A DNA stretch of 64,000 nucleotides from Hormiphora californensis (taxonomy: Eukaryota; Animalia; Ctenophora). The notes under the pieces are model-generated. The model saw only the letters and a program-made list of their open reading frames with translations, made no database searches and was not told the DNA's origin. The DNA lies in NCBI GenBank assembly GCA_020137815.1, contig CM035355.1, forward strand, positions 868,001-932,000, in the 5' to 3' direction. Both the position numbers and the translations under genes were made by a program. Every line of letters starts with the position of its first letter. Position 1 is the stretch's first letter. Below, in pieces: positions 31,887 to 44,000 of this stretch.

Positions 31887-32409
31887 TAGAATAGAAGGGC
31901 ACGGAGACAGGAAGGCACACCTAGAACGATGGTCCCAAGTTAGGCTACTCACTTCATTATCACCTCTGATCCAGAGGGCTCCACCCTTGGGATTTACATC
32001 TCTCTATCATGTAACTGTTACTGATCTCTCTATCATTCTCTCTCTGTTTCTTTTTCTATCTCTCTCACCTTTCTCTATCTTTTTTTCATGAATTGCTACA
32101 AACTCAAGTACTAATGCTACACTGATGCTACACAATGCAGTAAGCTGTGTAAGTTATGAACATATTGTATGATCGAGGGTATACCTTTAGACTCTTTGGA
32201 GATACCGGGGATAATACCTACATTGATAGATAGAAAAGAAGATAGAAAGAAGAAGGGTCGTCAGTGGTCCTTGTATGACCTAATTGCAAAAGTAGCAAAG
32301 TTTTGTGAGTGTATCATGACCCCCTAGTGTGATGATGCAATATCGATCTGGAGCTGCTCTCCTGCTGAGTCTGCAGGCACGCTCTTCCAATTAGAATCCT
32401 ATCAACACA

Positions 32410-32466
<57 letters not shown>

Positions 32467-32899
32467 CCACTACACGCACCACTCCCACATGGGGCCGTGA
32501 GGCCCCATGCGAGAGCAGGTTTAAATCCCCCGGACCCGGATCCTGTTGGATCTGAGGGCCCGGAGGGCCTGCGGAGTAAAGGTAGGGTAGGTAGAACAAT
32601 GTACATACGGGTAAATTTAACAATGTACATATGGGTTAGGGAAAGGGGATGATATTAAAAAGGGGGAAGTAAAGTGGGATTAAAGCTCATGGTGACGGAG
32701 CACAAGACCTCCTAAACTATCTGCAAAGAAGCCCAATCTGCTACAATGAATTCTAAGAAGGAGACAACTTATCAGGAACTGAAGAAGCAAACCGTCTGAA
32801 TCTAAGGCAGCCTAAAACAACAAAACGGTTGGCGAAAAAAATAAAATAATCAAAAGGATGGATTAATGGGGGGCGGAGGAAAGGTTAGAAAGGAAAACG

Positions 32900-33435
32900 A
32901 ACCCCCGGTCCAAAAACAGCCCGACCCCCGTTCCAGAGAAAAGTGACCCCGTTTCCCGAGAAGCAGGACCCCCGTTCCGAAAAGCCAGGGACCCCCTTCC
33001 AGAGAAACAGCCACCCGTTCCAGGGAAAAAACAGGAAAAACCCCCCCCCCCCTTCCAGGAAAGGGAAAGGGCCCCGTTTCCCGTAAAGACAGCTGACCCC
33101 GTTCCCGAAAGACGCTGCCCCCTTTCCCGAAAACAAAGGACCCGTCCAAAAGACAGCCCCCCCGTCCAGGAAGACAGCACCCCGTTTTCCCGAAAAAGGG
33201 CAGCTCCCCCTTTTAGAAAGACACTACCCGTTTCCCGGAAAAACAGCCACCCCCTTCCAGAGAAACAGCACCCCGTTAGAAGGGGCGCTGACCCCCCTCC
33301 CGTAAAAACGCTGGACCCCGTCCAAAAACAGCCCCCCGTTCCCCGAAAGAAGCTGCCCCGTTCCCTAAAGAAGCTGACCCCGTTCCAGAAAAGACAGCTG
33401 ACCCCGCTACAGTAAAAGGACAAGCTGACCCCACT
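32900..33435. repeat. Degenerate ~22-24-bp tandem repeat (CAGCTGACCCCGTTCCAGAAAAGA-like), noisy sequence
   Basis: Recurring CCCCGTTCC...AAA..CAGC units with homopolymer-length noise. Confidence 0.8.
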
Positions 33436-34263
33436 CCAAAGAATCATCTCGATGTAGAACCTACCAAAATGGAAAGAAGTGGGGTTAGGGGGGCTAGTAA
33501 TAGTAGAACAAAAACAGTATTGGTTAGCGGGGTTAGGGATATTAAAGGGGGGTTGGGGGTCCACAGTGGCTGGAAGATGCTGTCACTGTAACCCCCTGAG
33601 CCGGAGACAGAAGGCGGGGGGGGGGTTTCAAGTGGTGGGGGGAAAACATAATAGTCGTTGATACCTGTGGGCCCGCCTAGCCTTGCCAAGGAGTTTTTGT
33701 AATTTTGTATTTTCTGATTTTTTTTTCGTATTCTGAACACAGCACGCTCAGCCGCGGCCACACGGACCTGGAAACGAACAGGGGGAAAGTGGATGGGGGA
33801 AAAAAGCGTTACTCGTGTGACCCCGTTGCCCGGGGGAAACCGATTGGAGGTGGTGGCAGGTGGACCAACTCCCCCCCTCTCTCTCTCTCTCTCTCTCTCT
33901 ACCTCTGTTTAATCCAGAGTAGATGACTTGCCATGCATCCAGAGGATGGCCACACCCACCCACCTTCTCCCAAACCACTGTGTTACATCTCAAAACGGAA
34001 GGAATAGAGGGGAGGGATAGAGGAGGGAGTGGAGATAGAGGGGAGAGGGTGGGATAGTAGAGAGAGAGGGAGACCCACTGTCGTCGCTTTTTTAGCAAGG
34101 TGTATGTGGCGGTGTGAAAATCCAGGTGTTCCAGGAGCTCCTTGTGCCAAGTTGAAAACGAGGAAGAGAGAGAGAGAGAGAGAGAGAGATCGAGAGAGAG
34201 AGACGAGAGAGAGAGAGAGAGCCAGGAGAGAGAGAGAGAGAGAGAGAGATCCAGGGAGGAGAA

Positions 34264-34343
<80 letters not shown>

Positions 34344-35248
34344 TGCATGTGAGGTTAGAAATGCTGAGCTATTGAATGCAGCTGCGTACATGTACAATCT
34401 GATCCCGGACATTTGTTGTACTTGTAAACAAATAGGATGGTGACGAGATGAGAGAGAGAGAAAGAAAAGGATAGGGAGTGAGTGAGAGATAGAAAAGAGA
34501 GAAGGTTGGAGCCGTTGTCGTGCACTTGTGTGTAAGCTCGTGCTTACAAATCGGAACGCAAAACAAACGACGAGTCCGGATTCTCTAGTGCATACGAGCT
34601 GGAAAATGGATTTGCCGATGGCCGATGAAGGACACAAATCCTGAGAACTCTCTCTCATTTCCCTGAATCCCACGGCAGAGTACCGACGTGTTCTAGAAGC
34701 CCTAGAAGCCCTCTCTACACTCACCTGATACTCTGTGTTTATTATGTGCAGACAGAATAATAATATCTATCTCCCTCTATCTCTCCCTCTCTAGCTCAGT
34801 GACAAGACAGCTTCCTGGAGCCCCCTTGTCTGCATCACCCCTCTTCTCTCCTTCCCCGCGTGCCGAGTGTGAAACATAGTTTTTCTCCCGGCCCCCACAC
34901 ACACACCGGGCACGCTCGGGCAGGACACTTGTGCAATGTCAGTCCGCGCTGTGAGTGGTGTGAGAATGAATGGGGGCCCACCACAGCACGTGAGGAAGAG
35001 GAGTATTCTTTGGTGGTCGTGCCGTGGTAATATGAAGGGGCGACAGAATGGTGTAGGTGATTTATTGGTCTCTGATCGAGATGGGTAAATACAATGGATA
35101 TTCAGTGAACCATTTCAAGGTAGCTATTTCAAGGCAGCCATTTCAAGGCAGTTGGCCGTGATCAATGGAGTGTTCAATGGAGACAATCGGTAGTGTCCGA
35201 GTTTGGTGTGGTAGCTTGGTGGCCATCGCTTGATGAGAGAGAGAGAGG

Positions 35249-35367
<119 letters not shown>

Positions 35368-36149
35368 GGAGGTTGTAGAAATTTACTCCGACTCTAACAG
35401 AACCATTCAGCAACCTAAACAAGCCACTCACGCCGTGTGAAATGTGGGTTTCTAGGCCCTGTGTTTGTATGATCAGAGATATTTAGGACATGCCAATTAC
35501 GGGTGACACTTTCAAGTACCTTACACATAGTAAAGAGAGAGGGGAAGATGGAGTTATGAGAGAAAGAAAGTAGAGATAAATCTTGAGGGGGTCATCTGAT
35601 GAAGAACCCAATGGGACGGATATGATCTCACTGCTGACACTACTTCACCCCCAGACACCAATAGGTAGGATATGGGGTCTGAGTACCTCTCATGGTGTGA
35701 TATGATTATATTGGTGACGTAATATGGAAATACACCCTGTCTCCTGGGGGCCGGGGAAAAAGAGAAAATACTCTCAGAGCAATCACCCTATGACGAGATA
35801 ACCCTAGCAACACCAAAAATGGAATAACTGTAAAAAGTTAAGCTCGTTCATCCGGCTATTTCGTTCTGCAGCAGCAGTTTAGCATTCTATTTAGCAGTTT
35901 AGTGTGTTTTCTAACAAGCACGACTTCAGCATGGCACACACACACATACCAGTTTAAGAGTCCAGAGTTTCATCTTTCTATCATCCAGCAAATATTTGAA
36001 AAACTGCTATGCCTCTCGGAGAATGGCTCCGTTTGTCAGAAAAGAATTGAGAACGAGAAAACGCAAAACTACATAAACTGCAATTTGAAGGAACAGTTTG
36101 CACTAAACGGTTTGCTTTTCTGCATTAAATAGAAGTCATAGAGGGAGGG

Positions 36150-36193
<44 letters not shown>

Positions 36194-36302
36194 AAAGCTG
36201 AGTAGTAAGACAAAGCCTTCACTAATGGTGGAAGTGGCAAAGAATGACATGAGGAAGTGTTTGATCAAAACAATCATTCTCTCTCTCCCTCTCTTCTCTC
36301 TC

Positions 36303-36344
<42 letters not shown>

Positions 36345-36390
36345 TCCCCTCTCTCCTTCTCTTCTTCTCTCTCTTCTCTCTCTCTCCTCT

Positions 36391-36429
<39 letters not shown>

Positions 36430-36464
36430 CTCTCTTCTCTCTACTCTCTCTCTCCTCTCTCTCT

Positions 36465-36580
<116 letters not shown>

Positions 36581-37237
36581 CTCAATAAAGCAGAGTGCAG
36601 ACTAGTAGGACGTCTATAAATGTCATATGTCTGTCTAAAGATAGCTAGACAGTAGGGAGAGAGAGAGAGATAGGACTATCATTATTGTAATGGCTTATAT
36701 AACGGCATGAATGGGAGAGAGAGGCAAACACATAATTTGGGGAGAGAGAGAGAGAGAGAGAGGGGGAGAGAGCGAGGGTTATGAAACAGTGCAAAAAATG
36801 TAATGTGTAATGATTTTGTGTAGCATGGACCTGTTACAAACACAAAGCTACATCTAGAACAGTTACAAACTAACAACAACTAACAACTAACAAGTAACAA
36901 CAACTAACAAGTAACAACAATAAGAACGAGTTACAAACAACAAAACAATTCATCCCAAATCCCCAATTAACAACAGCAATGAACATACCGTAGATTCGCG
37001 AGGTAGCCTGTTACACCTCCTCTTCCCAATATGAATCCTCTTGAAACAGAGCTCAACCAGGAGGCACTCACTGTGAACACCAAACAGGCACGCTTCATCC
37101 TCAAATCGCTCGAAACCAGAGGATCGAGAATAGCATCTCCAAAATATCAATCAGGTTCCAAAATATCGATCAAATTCCAAAATATCAGCAGCGACGACGT
37201 TCAACAACGGAACACAAACGGTGGCATCTGCAAATGA

Positions 37238-37716
37238 CAAGTTAGAAAGAGAGCACTCAGCGTGCAGACTTGGCCCGGGGACCCCCCGCTGCCAATAGAG
37301 CCTTCTCATTGGTCGGTTACTTTTCAGGTCACGCGCGCGCCCCTTCTCTAGCGGTCCACTGCGCTAAAATCGCATGTGAGTATCTCAGTGGTGTCGCCGC
37401 GCGTTACTGCTACTCAGTTGAATGAGTCTAGCTGATCTCCAATGTCAACCCAGATCGGATTTTTGTCTGTCAGACTGTCTGGTACTGTCAAAATGGATAC
37501 TCCTATGCTACTCTGAGTAGGGTACTCACCATGGGATATTTCCATTTTCGGTACTGTGGCCCTGTCACTGTTTCAATCAAGACGTTTTTAATTTCAGATG
37601 TTTCCAGCTGACAGATTATATCGGGTGAGTCTCATATATCAAGTCTATCATAACGATCTATTGAAATGGTTATTGTTTAGATTTTCCTGAAAACCTTTCG
37701 TCGCAATTAGGTATAA
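37238..37716 (+). mobile_element. Probable non-autonomous Helentron-associated (DINE/HINE-like) element
   Basis: Starts with TAGAAAGAGAGCACTCAGCGTGCAGAC and ends with a short AACCT...AGGT hairpin followed by ATAAT, the terminal layout I recall for HINEs. No TSD seen. Confidence 0.45.
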
Positions 37717-37724
37717 TCGAATTT

Positions 37725-38090
37725 AAATTCTAATTTCGATTGAATCTCTTTGTGCCTCAAGGACAATACAACATTTCCCTTCCCTTGCATTGATATAGCC
37801 AGTCTGAACAGCAGTATCAGTGAGGCTACAGTTAGACCACTTTTTACTTTACTCAAACCATTTGGAAAATTGGGGCCCTTGTAAGGCAAGGGCTCAAAAA
37901 TCGGTATAGTAACAAATATCATTTTCGGATCGACAGCCAGCGTAAAGCTACTCTCATTTGAGTTCAACACCACATGTGGGACTCCTATAGTTCATATCTG
38001 GGCAACACAACAACCTGTGGGGTTATCAACTCCAATAACATGTCTGTCGAGGATCATAGCAGTGTCAGCTGGTACATCAGAACCAGGAAT
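37725..38090 (-). pseudogene. Possible decayed reprolysin/ADAM-type metalloprotease fragment
   Basis: Broken frames give DTAMIL..., VAQI*TIGVPH (resembles AHExGHxxGxxH with a deletion) and KKWSNCS; stops and frameshifts present. Confidence 0.25.
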
Positions 38091-38153
38091 CGACCGAATC
38101 AGGAAATACTGGTCCCTGATTGGCTGATAACCAGTCACGTGACCTAAATAACG
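38091..38153 (+). repeat. Short dispersed repeat (ACCAGGAATCGACCGAATCAGGAAATACTGGTCCCTGATTGGCTGATAACCAGTCACGTGACC)
   Basis: Its translation NRPNQEILVPDWLITSHVT is one I recall as a recurrent repeat-derived peptide in Pleurobrachia gene models (unverified recollection). Confidence 0.6.
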
Positions 38154-38868
38154 GTCTGTTCATGATCCGATTTGTCACCCTGATAGATCGGGTGATCAAG
38201 GAATCAGAGGACAAGAAGACATAGCACGGTGTTTGGGTCATCCCTAATATCAGTTAAAGCAACACTTTTACGTGGTATAACTACAAATCAATGACATGTA
38301 CAAATGAACTGACCACCTTGTACTAATCGGTAAATGTGGCGGTGGGGTGAGGGGGTAAGGAATCTAATACAAGACGGATGTCGATAATGCGAGATCATGT
38401 ATCGTATCTCTACAAGCTAGTGGTTGTATGATAGTGGGATTTCTACTACTTTACCCAATTACTAAATCTAAATCTAATCAGTAGGAGTAGGTATATTAAT
38501 ATATTGATATTGTAGTCTGGTATGGTATGTGATTCCCCATCTCTATCACCCCGATTAGTCACCACGCATCCATTCACGATTTGATAGAGATCACATGACA
38601 TCTTCTTCTTCTTCTACGTGTGTCAAGACCAGCACATGGCTAATAAGATAACTTGAAAACCTGAAATTTTTAGTGAAATTGGGCCAAACAAATTTGGGAG
38701 AAGTTTATTCTCCCGGTTAATTGAGGTCCGACTGTACCAGTAATCTTTTAATCTTCTTCACGTGGATACTACACTGCAGTGTCAGTTCCTGACAAAGCCG
38801 TTCCCTCCAAAGATAGTGTTCATAAATCATATCCATTCAAAGATTGACAGGTCGGTAGAACTTCAACA

Positions 38869-39166
38869 GAATTTAGGGCAGGTCAATTTAGGGCAGGTCT
38901 GAATTTAGGGCACCTCAATTTAAGGTAGGTCTGAATTTAGGGTAACTCAATTTAGGGTAGGTCTGAATTTAGGGTAGGTCTGAATTTAGGGCAGGTCTGA
39001 ATTTAGGGTATGTCTGAATTTAGGGCAGGTCAATTTAGGGTAGGTCTGAATTTAGGGCAACTCAATTTAGGGTAGGTCTGAATTTAGGGCAACTCAATTT
39101 AGGGTAGGTCTGAATTTAGGGTAGGTCTGAATTTAGGGCAGGTCTGAATTTAGGGTATGTCTGAAT
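38869..39166. repeat. 15/17-bp minisatellite containing TTTAGGG (GAATTTAGGGTAGGTCT), ~18 copies
   Basis: Directly visible. Confidence 0.95.
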
Positions 39167-39170
39167 ACTA

Positions 39171-39826
39171 GGCATGTGAATGTGATTCGGGGAAGCTTAT
39201 AAGCGGTGTTAGACGATACGAGATATGGAACATGATTCGAGGAAGCAAATCAGGATTGTTTCTATCGCTTTCCATCCCTATATACGCTATTGGTTATAGG
39301 TAGGACTGTCTCATGTTGCTTTCTATGCGGGAGAAAGACATGGAGAAAGAGAGATACCCTTAACTTTTTACCGAGAGTCGAGACAGGAAGACTGTTGAGC
39401 TCCTCCGTGGAATTGAGGTTCGCCGCTTTCCCAGCAGGTAGATGAAAGCAGCTCCCGGTCGTTTCGTACAGGTTGATGGTCTTGGTAGAGAAACCGGATC
39501 AGAAGTAGGTGGCAGTGGTGGAGAACTTGTGGTCAGGAAGTCAAGAAGATATCCTCCATGCACTTCGCATAGCTAAACAGTGTCTTTTCACTCTCGGTAA
39601 AAAGAGCCGCCTACATCTTCAATTTCTACGTGCTTTCCCAGCAGAAAAAGTGAGAGAAATTGAAATAGACAGAGCGAACAGAGAGGTGGGTAGGGTCTAG
39701 GGATAGAAAGCGATAGAAACCTTCACCGAATCGTGTCTCATATCGTCTAACACTCCTGATTGGCTTCCCCGAATCTCGTATCGTCTCACACCGCTAATAA
39801 GCTTCCCCAAATCACATTCACATGCT
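39171..39826. mobile_element. MITE with ~54-bp TIRs plus subterminal repeats, possibly PIF/Harbinger (CTA/TTA flanks)
   Basis: GCATGTGAATGTGATTCGGGGAAGCTTATAAGCGGTGTTAGACGATACGAGAT matches the reverse complement of 39773-39825 with ~3 mismatches. Confidence 0.85.
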
Positions 39827-39838
39827 TTATGAACACTA

Positions 39839-39877
39839 TCAAACTTTTCAACACTACTTTAAACAAATTAATTTGAG
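39839..39877 (+). other. Spliced-leader (SL) exon-like sequence at the 5' end of the LINE
   Basis: TCAAACTTTTCAACACTACTTTAAACAAATTAATTTGAG matches my recollection of the Pleurobrachia-type ctenophore SL exon. It is followed by ACGCAGCCAA-ATG, not by a GT donor. Confidence 0.75.
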
Positions 39878-39887
39878 ACGCAGCCAA

Positions 39888-41030
39888 ATGACCGATGACC
39901 AGACCGTCAAAGATGTACTGGCGGAGCTGAAAAATGCTGTCGGAGCGAAGGGGAAGGTAGTGATTGAGGCCTACGACTACCATGCCGATCATACCGTTAA
40001 TGTGGACTCCATTGCAAGTAAGAAGGTGGAGGAACTGGGTCCGGTCTGTAAGGCTCTAAACGTGTTACTTGTCGGGCGGGATGGGAAAAGCCGAGAAATG
40101 ACGGAGTTGGCGGATAAGATCGTCCTACGTATTGAGGGGTTGTTTCCTATCGGCTGTCAAGATTGTGGGGAAAATTACAGGGTTAAACTTGGTACCACAC
40201 CCCCTTCATCTTGTTTTCTTTGCGGACAAGGGGCTCACTCATGCAAGCAGTCAATTAAGGGGAACCGTAAAGGCTCAGTGTGGGTTTGCTCGTATTGCTG
40301 GGAGAAAAATGAGCCTAACACCGACATCACGGTTGTTGAAACGCCAGAGATAAAGCCCGATGATGAGAAAAAGGACGAACCAGAGGATGATGGAAAAACT
40401 CTGGAATTGACCCCAGAGAACGTGTGTAAGCACTTTCTCAACCGGAAGTGCCGCTATGGACGAAATGGAACCAAGGAAGTAGAGGGGAGGTCATGTCCAA
40501 AACTCCACCCGAGACTCTGCAAGAGGTTTTGTAACTATGGGGCATCGAAACGCTTTGGATGCGTGAAAGGTGGTTCGTGTAAGTTCTACCACCCTCCCCT
40601 ATGCAAGGGATCTGAGGTGAGACGAGAGTGCTATGATAAAATATGCACACTGAATCACCTTCTACATACAAAACGGGATCGTATAGAAGGGCGAGGAGAA
40701 GATCGACCGGTCCAGGACAGGACCAGGAAAGCACACTCCCAGGCAGCTGGAGACCGGGCGGAAGATTTTAACTCAAAACGCCCAAAGCAAGCTCCAGGAA
40801 ACAGGAACAAGAACCCGGCTGAAAAGTTCTCTCAGCCAGACGAGAGGGTGACCCATGATTTTTTGGAGATGAAACTGGAAGTTCTGAAAGCCGAGATACA
40901 ACAGTCGGTGATGACCCAGTTTTTGGACTTAAAGTCGTTTCTGCAGCGGCAGTACGGAGCAGGGGAAAAACCCCACAATCCTTGGGGACTAGCAGGAACC
41001 CAGCCCCTGTATCAAACTTTCGCCTATTAA
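39888..41030 (+). CDS. LINE ORF1p (380 aa): PHD-like finger, three CCCH zinc fingers, C-terminal coiled coil
   Basis: CQDC...CFLC...HSC...WVCSYC; CKHF...C...CPKLHP; CKRF...C...CKFYHP; CKGS...C...CTLNH. Start taken as the first ATG after the SL-like sequence. Confidence 0.9.
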   Translation: MTDDQTVKDVLAELKNAVGAKGKVVIEAYDYHADHTVNVDSIASKKVEELGPVCKALNVLLVGRDGKSREMTELADKIVLRIEGLFPIGCQDCGENYRVKLGTTPPSSCFLCGQGAHSCKQSIKGNRKGSVWVCSYCWEKNEPNTDITVVETPEIKPDDEKKDEPEDDGKTLELTPENVCKHFLNRKCRYGRNGTKEVEGRSCPKLHPRLCKRFCNYGASKRFGCVKGGSCKFYHPPLCKGSEVRRECYDKICTLNHLLHTKRDRIEGRGEDRPVQDRTRKAHSQAAGDRAEDFNSKRPKQAPGNRNKNPAEKFSQPDERVTHDFLEMKLEVLKAEIQQSVMTQFLDLKSFLQRQYGAGEKPHNPWGLAGTQPLYQTFAY

Positions 41031-44000
41031 ATGCTAGGAGTTTCTGTCCATCAGCTGAAAGTACCTGGAAGTTAGAGGTAGTGCGTGATATGGTGGACGA
41101 GGACGCCACACCAGTGGCATTTTTGGGGATCACCGAGACCTGGTGGCGGTGTTATATGACTGAGGCCCAGGTACAAATTCCCGGGTACAACCTTGCTAGG
41201 TGTGACAGGCAGGGTAGAGTTGGAGGAGGTTGTGCACTGTATATCCACGACAGCATGGCGATATCAGACCAGATCGAATACTCCGATAGAGACAGTAACT
41301 TGACAGCAGTATACATCGGCAGCAAACATATGGTCGCTGCTGTGGTGTATCGAGTTGGTTCAAACGTGGAAGGATTTCAAAGGATGATGCATAGGCTGCA
41401 GGTATTTGTCGATTTTCACAGCCAGGAGAACACGGTTCCTGATATATGGCTGGCTGGCGACTTCAACCTTCCCCTCTTGAAATGGGAAGGCGGTGTTCTG
41501 GAATTTGTTGACCAGCCTCTATACAATACACTCCGGGATTTCATGGACACCAACCTTCTAACGCAGTTGGTATCATCACCAACCAGGGGTGATAATGTTC
41601 TTGATCTAGTGTTCACCAACAGGCCAGATTATGTCCTGGCGGTGAACTGCGACGACCTCGGAATATCCGACCATTCCATGGTGACATGCACTCTGGCATT
41701 TAACTGTACGGAAAGGGTGGAGAGAGACCTTGTTAGAGTCAGCACGCGCGGCTTCTAACTTTCATAGTTGCAAGAGGCCGCGCGCGCTAGCAGAGCGAGA
41801 TTTATTTATTCGAGTCGATTCAATGTGTCCGACGTTTTCATATATTTCAAGAGTTCCAAAACAACAAATCAAAGCATGTGTTAGCTGTCAACAAAATCAA
41901 AGTTATCACCAATCAAAGTTATCATAGATCCTAGTTAATCAGTTCTCTCCAATTAGCCAAGGTAGAACAAAATGGCGACGAAGATGGTAAGCAGCATAGA
42001 AGCTTGGGACGGGAAAGCTGACTCTTTACGAGGATGGTTAGACCGTTTAACGCAACTATTTATCCTGAATGAAGCTACTTCAGAGCGGAGGGTTGCGTCC
42101 CTGCTTGTCCACATTGGAAAAGGAGGCTATAAGCTTTTGCAGGACCTGACTTATCCCGAGGCCCCATCAAAGAAGTCCTTCGCCGAGCTATCAGCCCTGC
42201 TCGAAGAGGGAGTGATGCCAACTGAGTTGGTAATAGCAGAGCGATCAAAGTTTTTTGTAATTGTGCAAGGGAGGAACGAGGAGTTGCTCGAATTCTCAAA
42301 TCGGATAAAAAGGAGGGCGGCAACTTGTGCGTTCCCCAAGGAATTCCTCGATCAGATGTTGAGAGACAGGCTGGTATGCGGATTGTTCAACGAACGGATC
42401 AAAGCACTGCTACTAGCCGAGAATCCTAGCATTACCTTCAACCAGGCGTTGGAGAAGATAAGACTAAAACTGACAGCAGGGGACGAAGCTCGAAAACTGA
42501 CAGTCCAAGTGAAACCTCCTTCTATCAAGAGTGAAGTTTTCGTGGTGGACCAATCATGGAAAGACATCAGGTGTCAGAAGTGCACGCTAAGAGGACATAG
42601 TGAGCATCAATGCCACACCAAGTGCCACAATTGCGGTAAAACTGGGCACATATCCGTGGATTGTAGGAGCAGACAGAGTGGTTCCTCATCGAGCAAGTCC
42701 TCATCGAGCAAGTCCTACAACAAGTCCTACAACAAGAAACATAGCAAGAAGAGAAACGTCGGTGCAGTCTACGAATTTGATGAAGGTGAGAATCCTAATT
42801 CAAATTATCACAGTGATCACAGTGTTGGTAGTCTCAGTGTAGACAACCTCAGCGTTAATCAAAGTAATCATAGTGCTGAAAAGCAAATCAAAGTAACACC
42901 TCCTTTCTGTTTCAGAAACGGAACCCTTGTTGTAACCGCCAAGATAGAAGGGTGTGAGGTGGAATTTACGGTTGATACTGGAGCTGCAGTTTCTTTCGTG
43001 AATGAGGTAGTATATCATAGACTGTGTGAAAATGTACTGTGTACAGACACTAGTGTGAGATTGGCCGATGGGACCAAGTTATCAGTGAAAAGATTTGAAT
43101 CAGAGATCAGAGTTAACAACGTCACCCGATCCATTACGCTACATCATGCACCAGGCTTTTCTAATCTGTGGGGGAGGGATTTGCTATGTGAATTCAACCT
43201 ATGGGGAAACGTCCTGGGAGGTAGTGATCGAGTAGTGGGGGCGATATCGGAGAAATCGGAGTTTGAGCGAGAGGTACTCTCATCCCCAGCTTTTAGAGAT
43301 AGTCTAGGGCTGTACAAGGGGGGAGAGGCTAGAATACAGGTTAAGCTAGATTGCAAACCTGTGTTTTGTAAAGCGAGGACAGCTCCATTTTCTCTGAGAG
43401 AACCGTTGAAGAAAGCCCTAGATGAGCAGGTAAACCAAGGTGTAATGATCAAAGTGGAGACATCTGAGTGGGCTTCACCCATTGTTGTAGTAGCGAAGCC
43501 AGATGGAAGCGTGAGAATTTGTGGGGATTACTCTGGAACGGTGAATCCGGTGGTAGACACCAGTATTTATCCTTTGCCGACCACGGAAGAGTGTTTCGCA
43601 GCTGTGAGTGGAGGAGTTAAGTTCACCAAGATTGACTTGAAGGCTGCTTATTCCCAGATTTCCTTGAATCCAGTTGATCAAGAGTTGCTCACTTTAAATA
43701 CCCCATTTGGTTTGTACAGATGGACCAGGTTACCTTTTGGGCTATCGTCCTCCTCTGCTATCTTTCAGAGGATAATGGATGAAGTGTTAGAAGGTGTTGA
43801 GGGTACTATCTGTAGAGTAGATGACATTCTGATCACAGCGCCTGATGATAAGACTCACCAGATGAGAGTGAGAGACGTGTTAGATCGGTTAGAGAAGGCC
43901 GGATTGCGTGCAAAGCCGAGTAAAACTTCCATTATGGTGGATAGTGTGGAGTACCTGGGATATAAAATATCCAGAGAGGGAGTAAGTCCATTGAGAGATA

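Noticed and set aside
39822-39887. Listed ORF1 start at 39822 (MLYEHYQTFQHY...)
   Set aside because: That ATG lies in the TIR of the upstream MITE and reads through the SL-like sequence by chance; 39888 is the plausible start.
39839-39900. SL RNA gene, or NeSL-like site-specific insertion into one
   Set aside because: No GT donor or Sm-site-bearing intron portion follows ...TTTGAG, and none follows the LINE 3' tail.
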